This document shows positions 18,388-27,799 of a stretch of 41,010 nucleotides of DNA, in pieces. Origin of the DNA: Clostridia bacterium (GTDB taxonomy: Bacteria; Bacillota; Clostridia; Christensenellales; CAG-917); the NCBI GenBank assembly GCA_045643985.1, contig JAZRGC010000087.1, forward strand, positions 1 through 41,010, read 5' to 3'. The notes beneath the pieces were generated by a model. The model made no database searches. It was not told the DNA's origin and worked only from the letters and a program-made list of their open reading frames with translations. The number at the start of each line of letters is the position of its first letter. Position 1 is the first letter of the stretch. Both the position numbers and the translations under genes were made by a program.

Positions 18388-19470
18388 ATGAAACTCGGCG
18401 TAGTAGGATTGCCCAACGTAGGCAAAAGTACACTTTTCAATGCAATCACCAAGGCAGGCGCACAAGCAGCCAACTATCCTTTCTGCACAATTGAGCCCAA
18501 TGTGGGCATTGTTGCAGTGCCTGATGAACGTCTTGACAAACTTGCAGCACTCTATGACAGCAAAAAGATCACACCCACCACTCTTGAATTTGTGGACATT
18601 GCAGGTCTTGTCAAAGGTGCAAGCAGGGGCGAAGGTCTTGGCAACAAATTTTTGTCACATATCCGTGAAGTGGATGCAATCGTCCATGTTGTGAGATGTT
18701 TTGATGATGAAAACATCACTCACGTTGACGGCTCAGTGTCCCCCCTTCGTGATATGGAAACCATCAATCTAGAACTTATCTTTGCAGACATCGAATCCAT
18801 TGAAAGAAGATTGCCAAAGGCAATCTCAATGCTGAAAGCAGACAAAAAGTATGCAGTTGATGTTGAACGCCTTGAAAAAATGAAAAAATGGCTTGAAGAC
18901 GGCAAGCCTTTGCGCACTCTTGACGTTGATGACGAATTCAAGGCATATATGGACGAGCAATTCCTTCTCACATCAAAGCCTGTGATTTACGTTGCCAACG
19001 TTGACGAAAACACTGTCGGTGGCAATGACTACACCGAAGCAGTCAAAAAAGGCGCAAGCGAAGAAGGCGCAGGCTGTATTGTCCTTTGTGCAAAACTTGA
19101 AGAAGACCTTATTGCCCTTGACGATGACGATAGAGCAATCTTTATGGAAGAATATGGTCTTACAGAAAGTGGCCTTGACAAACTTGTCAGCGCATCATAC
19201 GACCTTCTTGGACTCATCAGTTATCTCACAGCAGGGGAAAAGGAAACTCGTGCTTGGACAATTGAAAAGGGCACAAAAGCACCCCAAGCAGCAGGCAAAA
19301 TCCACAGCGACTTTGAAAAGGGATTCATTCGTGCCGAAATCGTGGACTATCAAACCCTTCTTGAATGTGGCTCATTTAACGTGGCAAAGGAAAGAGGCAA
19401 AGTGAGAAGCGAAGGCAAAGAATACGTCATGCAAGACAATGACGTTGTCCTTTTCCGTTTCAACGTGTAA
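18388..19470 (+). CDS. ychF: Ribosome-binding ATPase YchF
   Basis: The start is moved to the ATG at 18388 ([19 protein letters not shown]) with an AAGGAG Shine-Dalgarno. The TGS-like C-terminus includes [12 protein letters not shown]. Confidence 0.93.
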   Translation: MKLGVVGLPNVGKSTLFNAITKAGAQAANYPFCTIEPNVGIVAVPDERLDKLAALYDSKKITPTTLEFVDIAGLVKGASRGEGLGNKFLSHIREVDAIVHVVRCFDDENITHVDGSVSPLRDMETINLELIFADIESIERRLPKAISMLKADKKYAVDVERLEKMKKWLEDGKPLRTLDVDDEFKAYMDEQFLLTSKPVIYVANVDENTVGGNDYTEAVKKGASEEGAGCIVLCAKLEEDLIALDDDDRAIFMEEYGLTESGLDKLVSASYDLLGLISYLTAGEKETRAWTIEKGTKAPQAAGKIHSDFEKGFIRAEIVDYQTLLECGSFNVAKERGKVRSEGKEYVMQDNDVVLFRFNV

Positions 19471-19548
19471 TCACACATAAACCTTACAAAGCACAACCAA
19501 CAGAAATATAATCAAATCTTTGCAAAGCAAAGAAAATGGCAGGATAAT

Positions 19549-21234
19549 ATGTTATTTGACAAACAATTGGCTGAAGCATTGGCAAATGACCAAATCTCAG
19601 CAGAAGAAATTCTTGGCGCATTTGAAGTGCCAAAAGACAACAAACTTGGGGACATTTGTTTGCCCTGTTTCAAGTTTTCACGCACATTGCGCAAAGCACC
19701 ACCACAAATCGCAACCGAACTTGCAAGCACCCTTGCAGGAGTTGACTTCATTGAAAAGGTTGACGTAGTTGGTGGCTATCTCAACGTCCATCTCAACAGA
19801 AAGGCAATTGCAGGCACACTTATTGATTTTCTTGGTAAGGAAAATATTGGTGGCAGTGATTGTGGCACTGGCAAGACAATTTGTCTTGATTATAGTTCAG
19901 TCAACATTGCAAAGCCCTTCCACATTGGACACCTTTCAACCACAGTCATTGGTGGCGCACTTTATCGTATCTTCAAACATCTTGGCTACAACGTTGTAGG
20001 CATCAATCACCTTGGTGACTGGGGCACACAATTTGGCAAACTTATCGTTGCAACAAGAATGTGGTCATCTCTTGAAGAAATTACCGAAAACGATGAATAT
20101 TTCCTCAACTCACTCTATGTGAGATACCACAAGGAAAGCGAAAACAACCCTGCCCTTGACGATGAAGCAAGAGCATGGTTCAAGCGCATTGAAGACGGCG
20201 ACAAGGAAGCAATCAAATATTTTGACACCTTCAAAGACGTGACAATGAAGGCAGTTTCAAAGATTTATGATCGCCTTAAAATCAACTTCGACAGTTACAA
20301 TGGAGAGTCATTCTACAATGACAAAATGCAACCCATTCTTGACGAAATGGAAGCAAAGGGACTCCTTGAAACAAGTGATGGCGCAAAGGTTGTCAACCTT
20401 GATGAATATGGTATGCCACCTTGCCTTCTTGTCAAGGCAGACGGAGCATCATTGTATGCCACAAGAGATATTGCCGCAGCCTATTATCGTAAGCAAACAT
20501 ATGACTTCCACAAATGCCTTTATGTTGTTGCATATCAACAGAATCTGCACTTTAAGCAGGTGTTTAAGACACTTGAACTTATGGATTTTGCAGGAAAGGA
20601 CGATATGGAGCATATCGCATTTGGTATGGTCAGCATGGAAGATGGAGCAATGTCAACACGTCAAGGCAGAGTGGTTTGGCTCAAAGAAGTTCTTGACAAA
20701 GCAGTGGAAAAAGCACGTGCAATCATTGAGGAAAAGAACCCCAATCTTGACAACAAAGAACAGATTGCAGAGAGTGTCGGTGTTGGCGCAGTTGTGTTCT
20801 CAGCACTGTGGAACAACCGTATCAAAGACATCGTGTTTTCATTTGACAAAGTGCTCAACTTTGATGGCGAAACAGCACCTTATGTTCAATACACCTATGC
20901 TCGTTCAAAGAGCGCATTGAGAAAGGGTGGCGAATATGACGTGAAGAATATTGACCTTGACAGCATCCTTGACGATGACGGATATGAAGTGGTCAAGAGC
21001 ATTCTCTCATTTGGCGATGCAGTCAAGCAATCTGCAAAAGTCCGTGAGCCTAGTGTTGTGACACGTCACATTGTTGATTTGGCAGAAAAATTCAATCGTT
21101 TCTACATTGGACATCGAATTGTTGTTGACGATGAAAGAGTGAAGAATGCACGTCTTATGCTCACAGACATCGTTGGCAGAACAATCAAGGAAGGTCTTGC
21201 ACTCCTTGGCATCGATGCACCTGAAGTGATGTAA
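19549..21234 (+). CDS. argS: Arginine--tRNA ligase
   Basis: 561 aa, class I, with the HIGH motif (PFHIGHL) and a typical ArgRS N-terminal additional domain and C-terminal DALR domain. Confidence 0.93.
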   Translation: MLFDKQLAEALANDQISAEEILGAFEVPKDNKLGDICLPCFKFSRTLRKAPPQIATELASTLAGVDFIEKVDVVGGYLNVHLNRKAIAGTLIDFLGKENIGGSDCGTGKTICLDYSSVNIAKPFHIGHLSTTVIGGALYRIFKHLGYNVVGINHLGDWGTQFGKLIVATRMWSSLEEITENDEYFLNSLYVRYHKESENNPALDDEARAWFKRIEDGDKEAIKYFDTFKDVTMKAVSKIYDRLKINFDSYNGESFYNDKMQPILDEMEAKGLLETSDGAKVVNLDEYGMPPCLLVKADGASLYATRDIAAAYYRKQTYDFHKCLYVVAYQQNLHFKQVFKTLELMDFAGKDDMEHIAFGMVSMEDGAMSTRQGRVVWLKEVLDKAVEKARAIIEEKNPNLDNKEQIAESVGVGAVVFSALWNNRIKDIVFSFDKVLNFDGETAPYVQYTYARSKSALRKGGEYDVKNIDLDSILDDDGYEVVKSILSFGDAVKQSAKVREPSVVTRHIVDLAEKFNRFYIGHRIVVDDERVKNARLMLTDIVGRTIKEGLALLGIDAPEVM

Positions 21235-21322
21235 TTTGAACAAAAATCACAAAAAATAGGGCAAAAAACCCTGAAAAACTCAAATATACCCCTGCCGAAA
21301 GTGCCAAACAAGACAAAATCAG

Positions 21323-21351
21323 TTGACACACAACCTTGTTTCACTTATAAT
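21323..21351 (+). promoter_or_regulatory. Consensus sigma-A promoter for the rpmH operon
   Basis: TTGACA (21323-21328), 17 nt, TATAAT (21346-21351). The spacer contains the parS half-site TGTTTCAC (21337-21344). Confidence 0.7.
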
Positions 21352-21413
21352 AGGCAAGCATATATTTTATATATTATACTAAAAAATAATTATCCTAAAC
21401 GGAGGCAACAATA

Positions 21414-21548
21414 ATGAAACAAACTTACCAACCCAAGAAAAGACAAAGAAGCAAAGTCCACGGATTCCGTGAAAGAATGAAGTCAACAAGTGGCAGAAAG
21501 GTCTTGAAGCGCAGACGTGCAAGAGGCAGAAAAGTCCTCAGCGCATAA
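21414..21548 (+). CDS. rpmH: 50S ribosomal protein L34
   Basis: My own translation gives [44 protein letters not shown] (44 aa), with a GGAGG Shine-Dalgarno. It falls below the size cutoff of the supplied ORF track. Confidence 0.95.
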   Translation: MKQTYQPKKRQRSKVHGFRERMKSTSGRKVLKRRRARGRKVLSA

Positions 21549-21558
21549 GAAGTGAACT

Positions 21559-21891
21559 ATGCAGAAGCAGTATCGACTGAAAAGAAGGTCGGCATTTAGT
21601 TATGTCTATCGAAAAGGGGAAAAATCCTCAAGTAGGCATTTACTGCTTCTTTACACAAAATCACGCAGTGGGATCAAAATCGGCATCTCCGTCTCCAAAA
21701 AAGTAGGCGGGGCTGTCGTGCGAAACAGAGTCAAAAGGCTGATTCGTGAGGCAATCAACAACATTTTCCCCCAAATCAAGGAGGGATACACTTACGTCAT
21801 AGTTGCCAAGTCAACGGCAGGCGAAAGTGATTACTATGCAATATGTGAAGATGTGAAAGCCATCTTTGAAAGAGCAGAAAAGTTATGTTGA
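21559..21891 (+). CDS. rnpA: Ribonuclease P protein component
   Basis: 110 aa and basic, with VSKKVGGAVVRNRVKRLIRE (the RNR motif), immediately after rpmH. Confidence 0.92.
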   Translation: MQKQYRLKRRSAFSYVYRKGEKSSSRHLLLLYTKSRSGIKIGISVSKKVGGAVVRNRVKRLIREAINNIFPQIKEGYTYVIVAKSTAGESDYYAICEDVKAIFERAEKLC

Positions 21892-22130
21892 AGAAGTTAT
21901 GCTTTGGTGCTTTGCACTGGTACAAAGCAACTTTGAGTCCATATATCGGCAGAAACTGCAAATATACGCCAACCTGTTCAATGTACGCCTTTGACGCCAT
22001 CAAAAAACATGGTGTTGTCAAGGGGATTGCAATGGGTACGTGGCGTATTCTTAGATGCAACCCTTTTTCAAAGGGTGGTTTTGACCCTGTCAAAGAAAAC
22101 TATAAAGGAAATGCAAAATGGCTGGTTTAA
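21885..22130 (+). CDS. yidD: Membrane protein insertion efficiency factor YidD
   Basis: 81 aa with the YidD signature WYKATLSPYIGRNCKYTPTCSMYAFDAIKKHG. It overlaps rnpA and yidC. Confidence 0.9.
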   Translation: MLKKLCFGALHWYKATLSPYIGRNCKYTPTCSMYAFDAIKKHGVVKGIAMGTWRILRCNPFSKGGFDPVKENYKGNAKWLV

Positions 22131-23365
22131 ACTATGCACGCAAAAAAAAGGCTCTCATCTACGCCGTGGCATTGCTCATTGGCGTATGTTGTATTGTCCT
22201 CAGTGCTTGCAATAAAGACGCAGGAATCTATGATGTTTCAGACAAGAATGCAGATCTTGAACTGAACCATTTCATGGCAAAATTCATCCTTGTTCTTTAT
22301 GAAAACATTGGCAACTTTGGCTGGACAGTTGTGGCATTTACTGTCATCTTGAAAGTTGCACTTTCACCCCTTGATATTTGGCAAAAACTTGTTGCTCGCA
22401 AAAACGCAAAAGCAATGGAGCGTATGAAGCCCCAAATGGAAGTTTTGCAAGCAAAGTATGGCGATGACAAGCAAAAGTTCCAACAGGAACAAATGGCTCT
22501 CTACAAGAGAGAAAAATATTCAATGCTTGGATCATGCCTTCCCACAATCGTCACAATGGTTGTGTTCTTTGTCATGTTTGCAGGATTTAGAGAAATGGTC
22601 GGTTGGAAATTTGCCAGCGACTATCAAGATTGCTACAAGACATTTGACAAATCAATGACACAACAAATTGGTGAAGATTGGGAAAACTTCAACGGCAATG
22701 GCGAAGTGTACAATAATGCAGTCGAAAATGCACAAAAGGCAGTTTATGACTTCTATTATTCAGATGAACAAGTGGAAAGCAGAAGTTTCCTTTGGATCAA
22801 GAACATCTTTTCACCCGACACTTGGAGCAATGAAGTCCCCGACTATTTGACAGTCACAGGCAAATCAGGCCTTGCAACATCGCGTATTACAGGCATTGAG
22901 ATTGAAGAATATGAAATGGTCATGGGCGATCTTCTCGGTCAAGGTGGATGGAGTGGAAAAGGCTCATGGAATGGTTGGCTTCTTCTTCCTGTCCTTTCAC
23001 TTGCATTGAATATCGTGTCAATGAAACTTATGAACATGGTTCAAGGCACAGGGGAAAAGAAGGAAAAGAAATCCTTCAAGGAAAAGTGGGCAAAATTCAA
23101 GAATATGGGCAATCCTGCCGAAGGACAACCCAATGACAAGCCCCAAGACCAAAGCCAAGCAAGCATGAAGATGATGACATATATGATGCCCGTCATCACA
23201 GCAGTGTTTGCATTGATGTACTCATCTGCATTTGCCCTTTATATGTTTGTCAGTTCATTGGTGGCAACATTGTTCCAACTCATATTCAATCTTGCATTTA
23301 TGATTGCTGACAAAAAGCAAAAAGATGCCCCTCAAAAGCCTAAAAAAGTCAAGGCAAACAAATAG
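22118..23365 (+). CDS. yidC: YidC/SpoIIIJ membrane protein insertase (lipoprotein-type)
   Basis: 415 aa with the lipobox LSAC and the conserved region LSPLDIWQ...MQ.LQP. The periplasmic/cytoplasmic insert is longer than in Bacillus and the C-terminal tail is basic. Confidence 0.88.
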   Translation: MAGLNYARKKKALIYAVALLIGVCCIVLSACNKDAGIYDVSDKNADLELNHFMAKFILVLYENIGNFGWTVVAFTVILKVALSPLDIWQKLVARKNAKAMERMKPQMEVLQAKYGDDKQKFQQEQMALYKREKYSMLGSCLPTIVTMVVFFVMFAGFREMVGWKFASDYQDCYKTFDKSMTQQIGEDWENFNGNGEVYNNAVENAQKAVYDFYYSDEQVESRSFLWIKNIFSPDTWSNEVPDYLTVTGKSGLATSRITGIEIEEYEMVMGDLLGQGGWSGKGSWNGWLLLPVLSLALNIVSMKLMNMVQGTGEKKEKKSFKEKWAKFKNMGNPAEGQPNDKPQDQSQASMKMMTYMMPVITAVFALMYSSAFALYMFVSSLVATLFQLIFNLAFMIADKKQKDAPQKPKKVKANK

Positions 23366-23373
23366 GAGTAAAT

Positions 23374-24213
23374 ATGAACAAATTTGTAGAAGTAAAGGCC
23401 TCAACAGTGGATCTTGCCATTGCCAATGCCCTTGAACAATTGGGTGTTGACCGTGACAGAGTTCAAGTTGAAGTCCTTGCAAAGGGCGGACTTTTTTCAA
23501 GAGCCCAAGTGAGAGTGACTGTTGTTGAAACCATTCTCACCAAAGTCGAAGACTTTGTCAATGGAATTCTTGAAAGAATGCAACTGGTGTCAAAAGCAAC
23601 TGTCACCAGTGAAAACGGCACTTTGAATATAGAAATCACCGGCGAAGACAGTGGCACGGCAATTGGCTATCGTGGGGAATCTCTTGATGCAATCCAATAT
23701 TTGGTGCTTACATTCCTCAATCAAGAAAAGAGTGATATAAAGAAAGTTGTTGTGGACAGTGAAAACTATCGTGAAAAAAGACGTGAAACACTGACAGCAC
23801 TTGCACTCCGTCTTGCTGAAAAGGCACAACGTACTTGCAGAAAGATTGAACTTGAACCCATGAATCCCTTTGAAAGACGTGTCATTCACAGTGCTCTTGC
23901 AGACAGTGAAATCGCAGACACAGTCAGTGAAGGTGAAGACATCAATCGTCACGTAGTCATCATCCCCAAGGGAGTTGAATTGAAAGGCGATAGACGTAGA
24001 AACAACAATCGCAACGGTAATGGCAACAGAAATCGCCAAAGAAAAGATGGCGATTTACCAAGACCTAAGAAGGAAAGAAAAGAAGTGAACTATGATGACA
24101 TCCCTGATGGCAAAGTGTATTCACTCCTTTCAAACGAAGATGATTTTGTAAAACCTGCAACCGTCAAAACAGGTCCTCCCAAGTTTAAGAGCTTTGGTGG
24201 AAAGAGAAGATAA
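23374..24213 (+). CDS. jag: Jag/KhpB RNA-binding protein (Jag_N, KH, R3H)
   Basis: 279 aa with the R3H motif (ERRVIHSAL) and a basic/Asn-rich C-terminal extension. It holds the conserved position after yidC. Confidence 0.88.
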   Translation: MNKFVEVKASTVDLAIANALEQLGVDRDRVQVEVLAKGGLFSRAQVRVTVVETILTKVEDFVNGILERMQLVSKATVTSENGTLNIEITGEDSGTAIGYRGESLDAIQYLVLTFLNQEKSDIKKVVVDSENYREKRRETLTALALRLAEKAQRTCRKIELEPMNPFERRVIHSALADSEIADTVSEGEDINRHVVIIPKGVELKGDRRRNNNRNGNGNRNRQRKDGDLPRPKKERKEVNYDDIPDGKVYSLLSNEDDFVKPATVKTGPPKFKSFGGKRR

Positions 24214-25532
24214 TGAAGACAATAGTTGCAATTTCAACGCCCATTGGGGCTGGCGGCATCGGCATAGTGCGCATTTCTGGCAAGGAAGCACTGAAAATGG
24301 CTGATGCTGTTTTCTTTAAGAGAGAACAAGGGGTGGGGGAAATTCTCCGTGAAAACCCCTTGAAAATGACTTTTGGCACTTTCAAAGGCATTGATTTCAA
24401 CGACAAAGGATATGCCGTGTTTTTCCCTGAAAACAAGTCATTTACAGGGGAAGATACCGTTGAATTCTATTTGCACGGTGGTGTGCGCATTATGAAAGGC
24501 GCAGTGGAAACCATATTGGAGCAAGGCGCAGTGCCTGCCGAAGCAGGGGAGTTTACAAAACGAGCCTATCTCAACGGCAGAATGTCCTTGTCCGATGCAG
24601 AAGGTGTTGCAGATATGATCCACGCAGAAAGCACTGCGGGCATTCGTGCAGCATACAGAATGATGCAAGGTGGAGTTGCCGACAAAGTCAATGGCATCAT
24701 GGATGACCTTCTCACCGTCCTTGCCACCTTAGAGGCATCTTTGGACTATCCCGATGAAATGGAAGACGAAGTTATGCCTGCCCTTGACAACGTGCTTCCT
24801 AGCATTCTTGAAAGGGTTGAAAACTTGGCAAAGTCATTCTATATGGGACGTATTGCCAAGCACGGTGTTGATGTGGTCATTGCAGGCGAGCCAAACGTGG
24901 GCAAATCATCACTTCTCAATGCCCTTGTAGGGGAAAATAGAGCAATCGTCACAGACATTGCAGGCACAACAAGAGATACAGTCACTGCACGTGCAGAAGT
25001 GGGTGGTGTGCTCATCAATCTCACAGACACAGCAGGACTCCGTGAAAGCGATGATGTGGTGGAATCCATTGGTGTTGAAAGAGCACGAAAGGCCATTGAA
25101 GGGGCAGACGTTGTGCTCTATGTCCTTGACGGCACAAAGGATGTTGAACCTGACGAAATCACAACCACAGGCAAGGTGTATTATGTCTATAACAAGAGTG
25201 ACAAGGATGGTTTCAAAGCGCCCGTAGGCGACAACATTCACACAGTGTCTGCCGTCAGTGGCAAAGGCGTTGATGACCTTGCCAAGGCAATCGCATCGGT
25301 GTATGAAGAAGGCACAATTGATGGCGACTTGATTACATCGCAAAGACACGTATCGGCACTTAAAAGTGCAATTTTGTCCATACAAAGTGCCGTTTCAAAC
25401 AAAACTGACACAATTGATTGTGTGTTGATTGATCTTAGAGATGCCTACAATCATCTTGGTGAAATCACAGGTGCAACAGCGACGGAAGATATTGTTGACA
25501 ACATCTTTTCAAAGTTTTGTGTCGGCAAATAA
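24213..25532 (+). CDS. mnmE: tRNA modification GTPase MnmE
   Basis: 439 aa with an N-terminal MKTIVAISTP..GG(I)GIVRISG, the G-domain GEPNVGKSSLLNAL and the C-terminal FCVGK. Confidence 0.95.
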   Translation: MKTIVAISTPIGAGGIGIVRISGKEALKMADAVFFKREQGVGEILRENPLKMTFGTFKGIDFNDKGYAVFFPENKSFTGEDTVEFYLHGGVRIMKGAVETILEQGAVPAEAGEFTKRAYLNGRMSLSDAEGVADMIHAESTAGIRAAYRMMQGGVADKVNGIMDDLLTVLATLEASLDYPDEMEDEVMPALDNVLPSILERVENLAKSFYMGRIAKHGVDVVIAGEPNVGKSSLLNALVGENRAIVTDIAGTTRDTVTARAEVGGVLINLTDTAGLRESDDVVESIGVERARKAIEGADVVLYVLDGTKDVEPDEITTTGKVYYVYNKSDKDGFKAPVGDNIHTVSAVSGKGVDDLAKAIASVYEEGTIDGDLITSQRHVSALKSAILSIQSAVSNKTDTIDCVLIDLRDAYNHLGEITGATATEDIVDNIFSKFCVGK

Positions 25533-25566
25533 GTGGACGAAACAACCTTAATTGGAATATAGAAGT

Positions 25567-27411
25567 ATGAAGAAATTTGATGTCATAGTTATAGGTGCAG
25601 GACATGCTGGTGTTGAGTCAGCATTTGCAGTCAGTAGGCTTGGAAAACAAGTCCTGCTTTCTTGCACCGATATTGGCACTGTTTCATATATGGCGTGCAA
25701 CCCTGCAATTGGTGGCACTGCCAAAGGACATCTTGTCCGTGAGATTGATGCTCTTGGTGGAGAGATGGGGCTCAGTGCAGACCAATCTCTTGTGCAAATC
25801 AAAATGCTCAATCGTGCAAAAGGCCCTGCAGTATTTTCACTCCGTGGTCAACAGGACAAAAATCTCTATCATGAGATTATGCTTGAAAAGATACAAAAAA
25901 CAAAGGGCATAACTCTGTATGAAGGGGAAGCAGTAAAGATAGATGTTGAAGACGGCAAAGTGACAGGTGTTGAGTTTGCAAACGGAGATAGGTTTGACTG
26001 TGATGCAGTTGTTCTTGCATCGGGTGTTTATCTCAATGGCAGAATCATCACAGGGGAATACACTCTTACAAGTGGACCAAGTGGATTTGCTCCTGCAACC
26101 AAACTCACAGACAATCTTGTGGAACTTGGATTGCCTATGCGCAGATTCAAGACGGGCACACCTGCAAGAATTTATCGTGATAGCATTGATTTTTCAAAGA
26201 TGGAAATCCAACTTGGCGAAAACACAGACAGGTTTTCATTTATGTCAAAGGTGGCGACATTTGAAGAAGAACCTTGCTATCTCACTTATACCAACGAAGA
26301 AACACACAAAATCATCCTTGACAACATACATCGCAGTCCCCTTTACAATGGCAGTATAAGTGGTGTTGGTCCAAGATATTGCCCAAGCATTGAAGATAAG
26401 GTTGTAAGGTTCAAGGATAAATCTCGTCATCAAATATTTGTAGAGCCAGAAGGCTTGCATAGCGATGAAATGTACATCCAAGGTATGTCAAGTTCCTTGC
26501 CACACGACGTGCAGGAAAAGATGTATCGCACTTTGCCGGGGCTTGAAAACTGCAAGTTTGCAAAATATGCCTATGCAATCGAATATGATTGCATTGATCC
26601 CTTGGCACTGAAACCATCTCTTGAAAGCAAGGTTATTGAAAACCTGTTTTCGACAGGACAAATCAACGGAAGCAGTGGCTATGAAGAAGCAGGGGCACAA
26701 GGTCTTATGGCAGGTGTCAATGCAGTGCGAAAGATAGAAGGCAAAGAGCCCTTTATTCTAAGACGTGATCAAGCATACATTGGTGTGCTCATTGACGATT
26801 TGGTGACAAAGGGCACAAATGAGCCCTATCGTATGATGACTGCAAGGGCAGAGCATCGCATCAAACTCCGTCAGGACAATGCAGATATGCGCTTGACCGA
26901 ACTTGGATATGAACTTGGCATAGTCAGCCAAGAAAGATACAACGCTTTCCAACAGAAAAAGGAACAAATGGCACAAATTCTCAAAGAAGCAGAAAAGGTT
27001 GTGCCAAAGGAAATAAGCGACCAAATTCTCACAAAGTGGGATGAGCCAATTGCAAGAAAAACACCCACCTTGTATGAAATGATGAAGCGCCCCAATGCAA
27101 GGCTTGAAGACGTCAAGGCACTGATTCCATTTGATGTTGATGACGAAGCATTGAACAGTGTCATCATCGAGTGCAGATACTCAGGCTATCTTGAAAAGGA
27201 AGAAGGAATTGTCCGTGAGCAAAAGCGACTTGAAGACAAACTTCTCCCTGCCGACATCGACTATTCGTCCATCAAAGCACTGCGCATTGAAGCACGTCAA
27301 AAACTTGACAAAGTGCGTCCATTAAACCTTGGGCAAGCATCAAGAATATCAGGTGTTTCTCCTGCAGATATTGCAGTGCTCATAGTTTATCTTCAAAAAA
27401 TAGGCAAATAA
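25567..27411 (+). CDS. mnmG: tRNA uridine 5-carboxymethylaminomethyl modification enzyme MnmG
   Basis: FAD motif DVIVIGAGHAGVESA. ATG 25567 is preferred over the upstream TTG at 25552, but the start remains uncertain. Confidence 0.95.
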   Translation: MKKFDVIVIGAGHAGVESAFAVSRLGKQVLLSCTDIGTVSYMACNPAIGGTAKGHLVREIDALGGEMGLSADQSLVQIKMLNRAKGPAVFSLRGQQDKNLYHEIMLEKIQKTKGITLYEGEAVKIDVEDGKVTGVEFANGDRFDCDAVVLASGVYLNGRIITGEYTLTSGPSGFAPATKLTDNLVELGLPMRRFKTGTPARIYRDSIDFSKMEIQLGENTDRFSFMSKVATFEEEPCYLTYTNEETHKIILDNIHRSPLYNGSISGVGPRYCPSIEDKVVRFKDKSRHQIFVEPEGLHSDEMYIQGMSSSLPHDVQEKMYRTLPGLENCKFAKYAYAIEYDCIDPLALKPSLESKVIENLFSTGQINGSSGYEEAGAQGLMAGVNAVRKIEGKEPFILRRDQAYIGVLIDDLVTKGTNEPYRMMTARAEHRIKLRQDNADMRLTELGYELGIVSQERYNAFQQKKEQMAQILKEAEKVVPKEISDQILTKWDEPIARKTPTLYEMMKRPNARLEDVKALIPFDVDDEALNSVIIECRYSGYLEKEEGIVREQKRLEDKLLPADIDYSSIKALRIEARQKLDKVRPLNLGQASRISGVSPADIAVLIVYLQKIGK

Positions 27412-27451
27412 AACACTGAATGTGTCAAAATGCAAAAATTTAGGCGTAATA

Positions 27452-27484
27452 AAAGCGAGCATAAACAATGCTCGCTTTTTTTGT
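27452..27484. terminator. Bidirectional terminator between mnmG and the Dabb gene
   Basis: AGCGAGCAT (27454-27462) pairs with ATGCTCGCT (27468-27476). It is flanked by an A-run and a T7 run. Confidence 0.75.
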
Positions 27485-27506
27485 TGTATGATTGTGCTTG
27501 ACGTGC

Positions 27507-27797
27507 CTAGATGATGTAGTCGAGAGCCACCGAACTTGATCTCACTGCGTGCATATGTGTTTTGACAACGGAGCAGTGATAAGGGTCTTGTTGATAACGT
27601 TCAAGGGCATCCATATCATCAACGGTGACAGTGAGTGCCACGTCATAACTGCGCTCTGAGTGAAGGAAATCGATGCCAACTTCAATGGAGCGAAGTTCAG
27701 GCACGTTGCCTTCCATTGACAAAAGGATTTCTTTTGCTTTAAGGCAATTTTCAATAGAGTTGTCTTTCAGTTTGAACAGTACGATGTGTTTGACCAT
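27507..27797 (-). CDS. Stress-responsive alpha/beta-barrel (Dabb) domain protein
   Basis: 96 aa. MVKHIVLFKLKD...VGIDF....YDVAL...F.D..AL..YQ.HP.H is the Dabb pattern. Its GGAGAA Shine-Dalgarno lies inside the last codons of the upstream transporter gene. Confidence 0.8.
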   Translation of the reverse strand: MVKHIVLFKLKDNSIENCLKAKEILLSMEGNVPELRSIEVGIDFLHSERSYDVALTVTVDDMDALERYQQDPYHCSVVKTHMHAVRSSSVALDYII

Positions 27798-27799
27798 AA

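Noticed and set aside
19471-19548. T-box or other riboswitch leaders upstream of argS, asnS and aspS
   Set aside because: The upstream spacers are short (78, about 70 after the promoter, and 53 nt). They lack specifier-loop or T-box (AGGGTGGNACCGCG-type) sequences.
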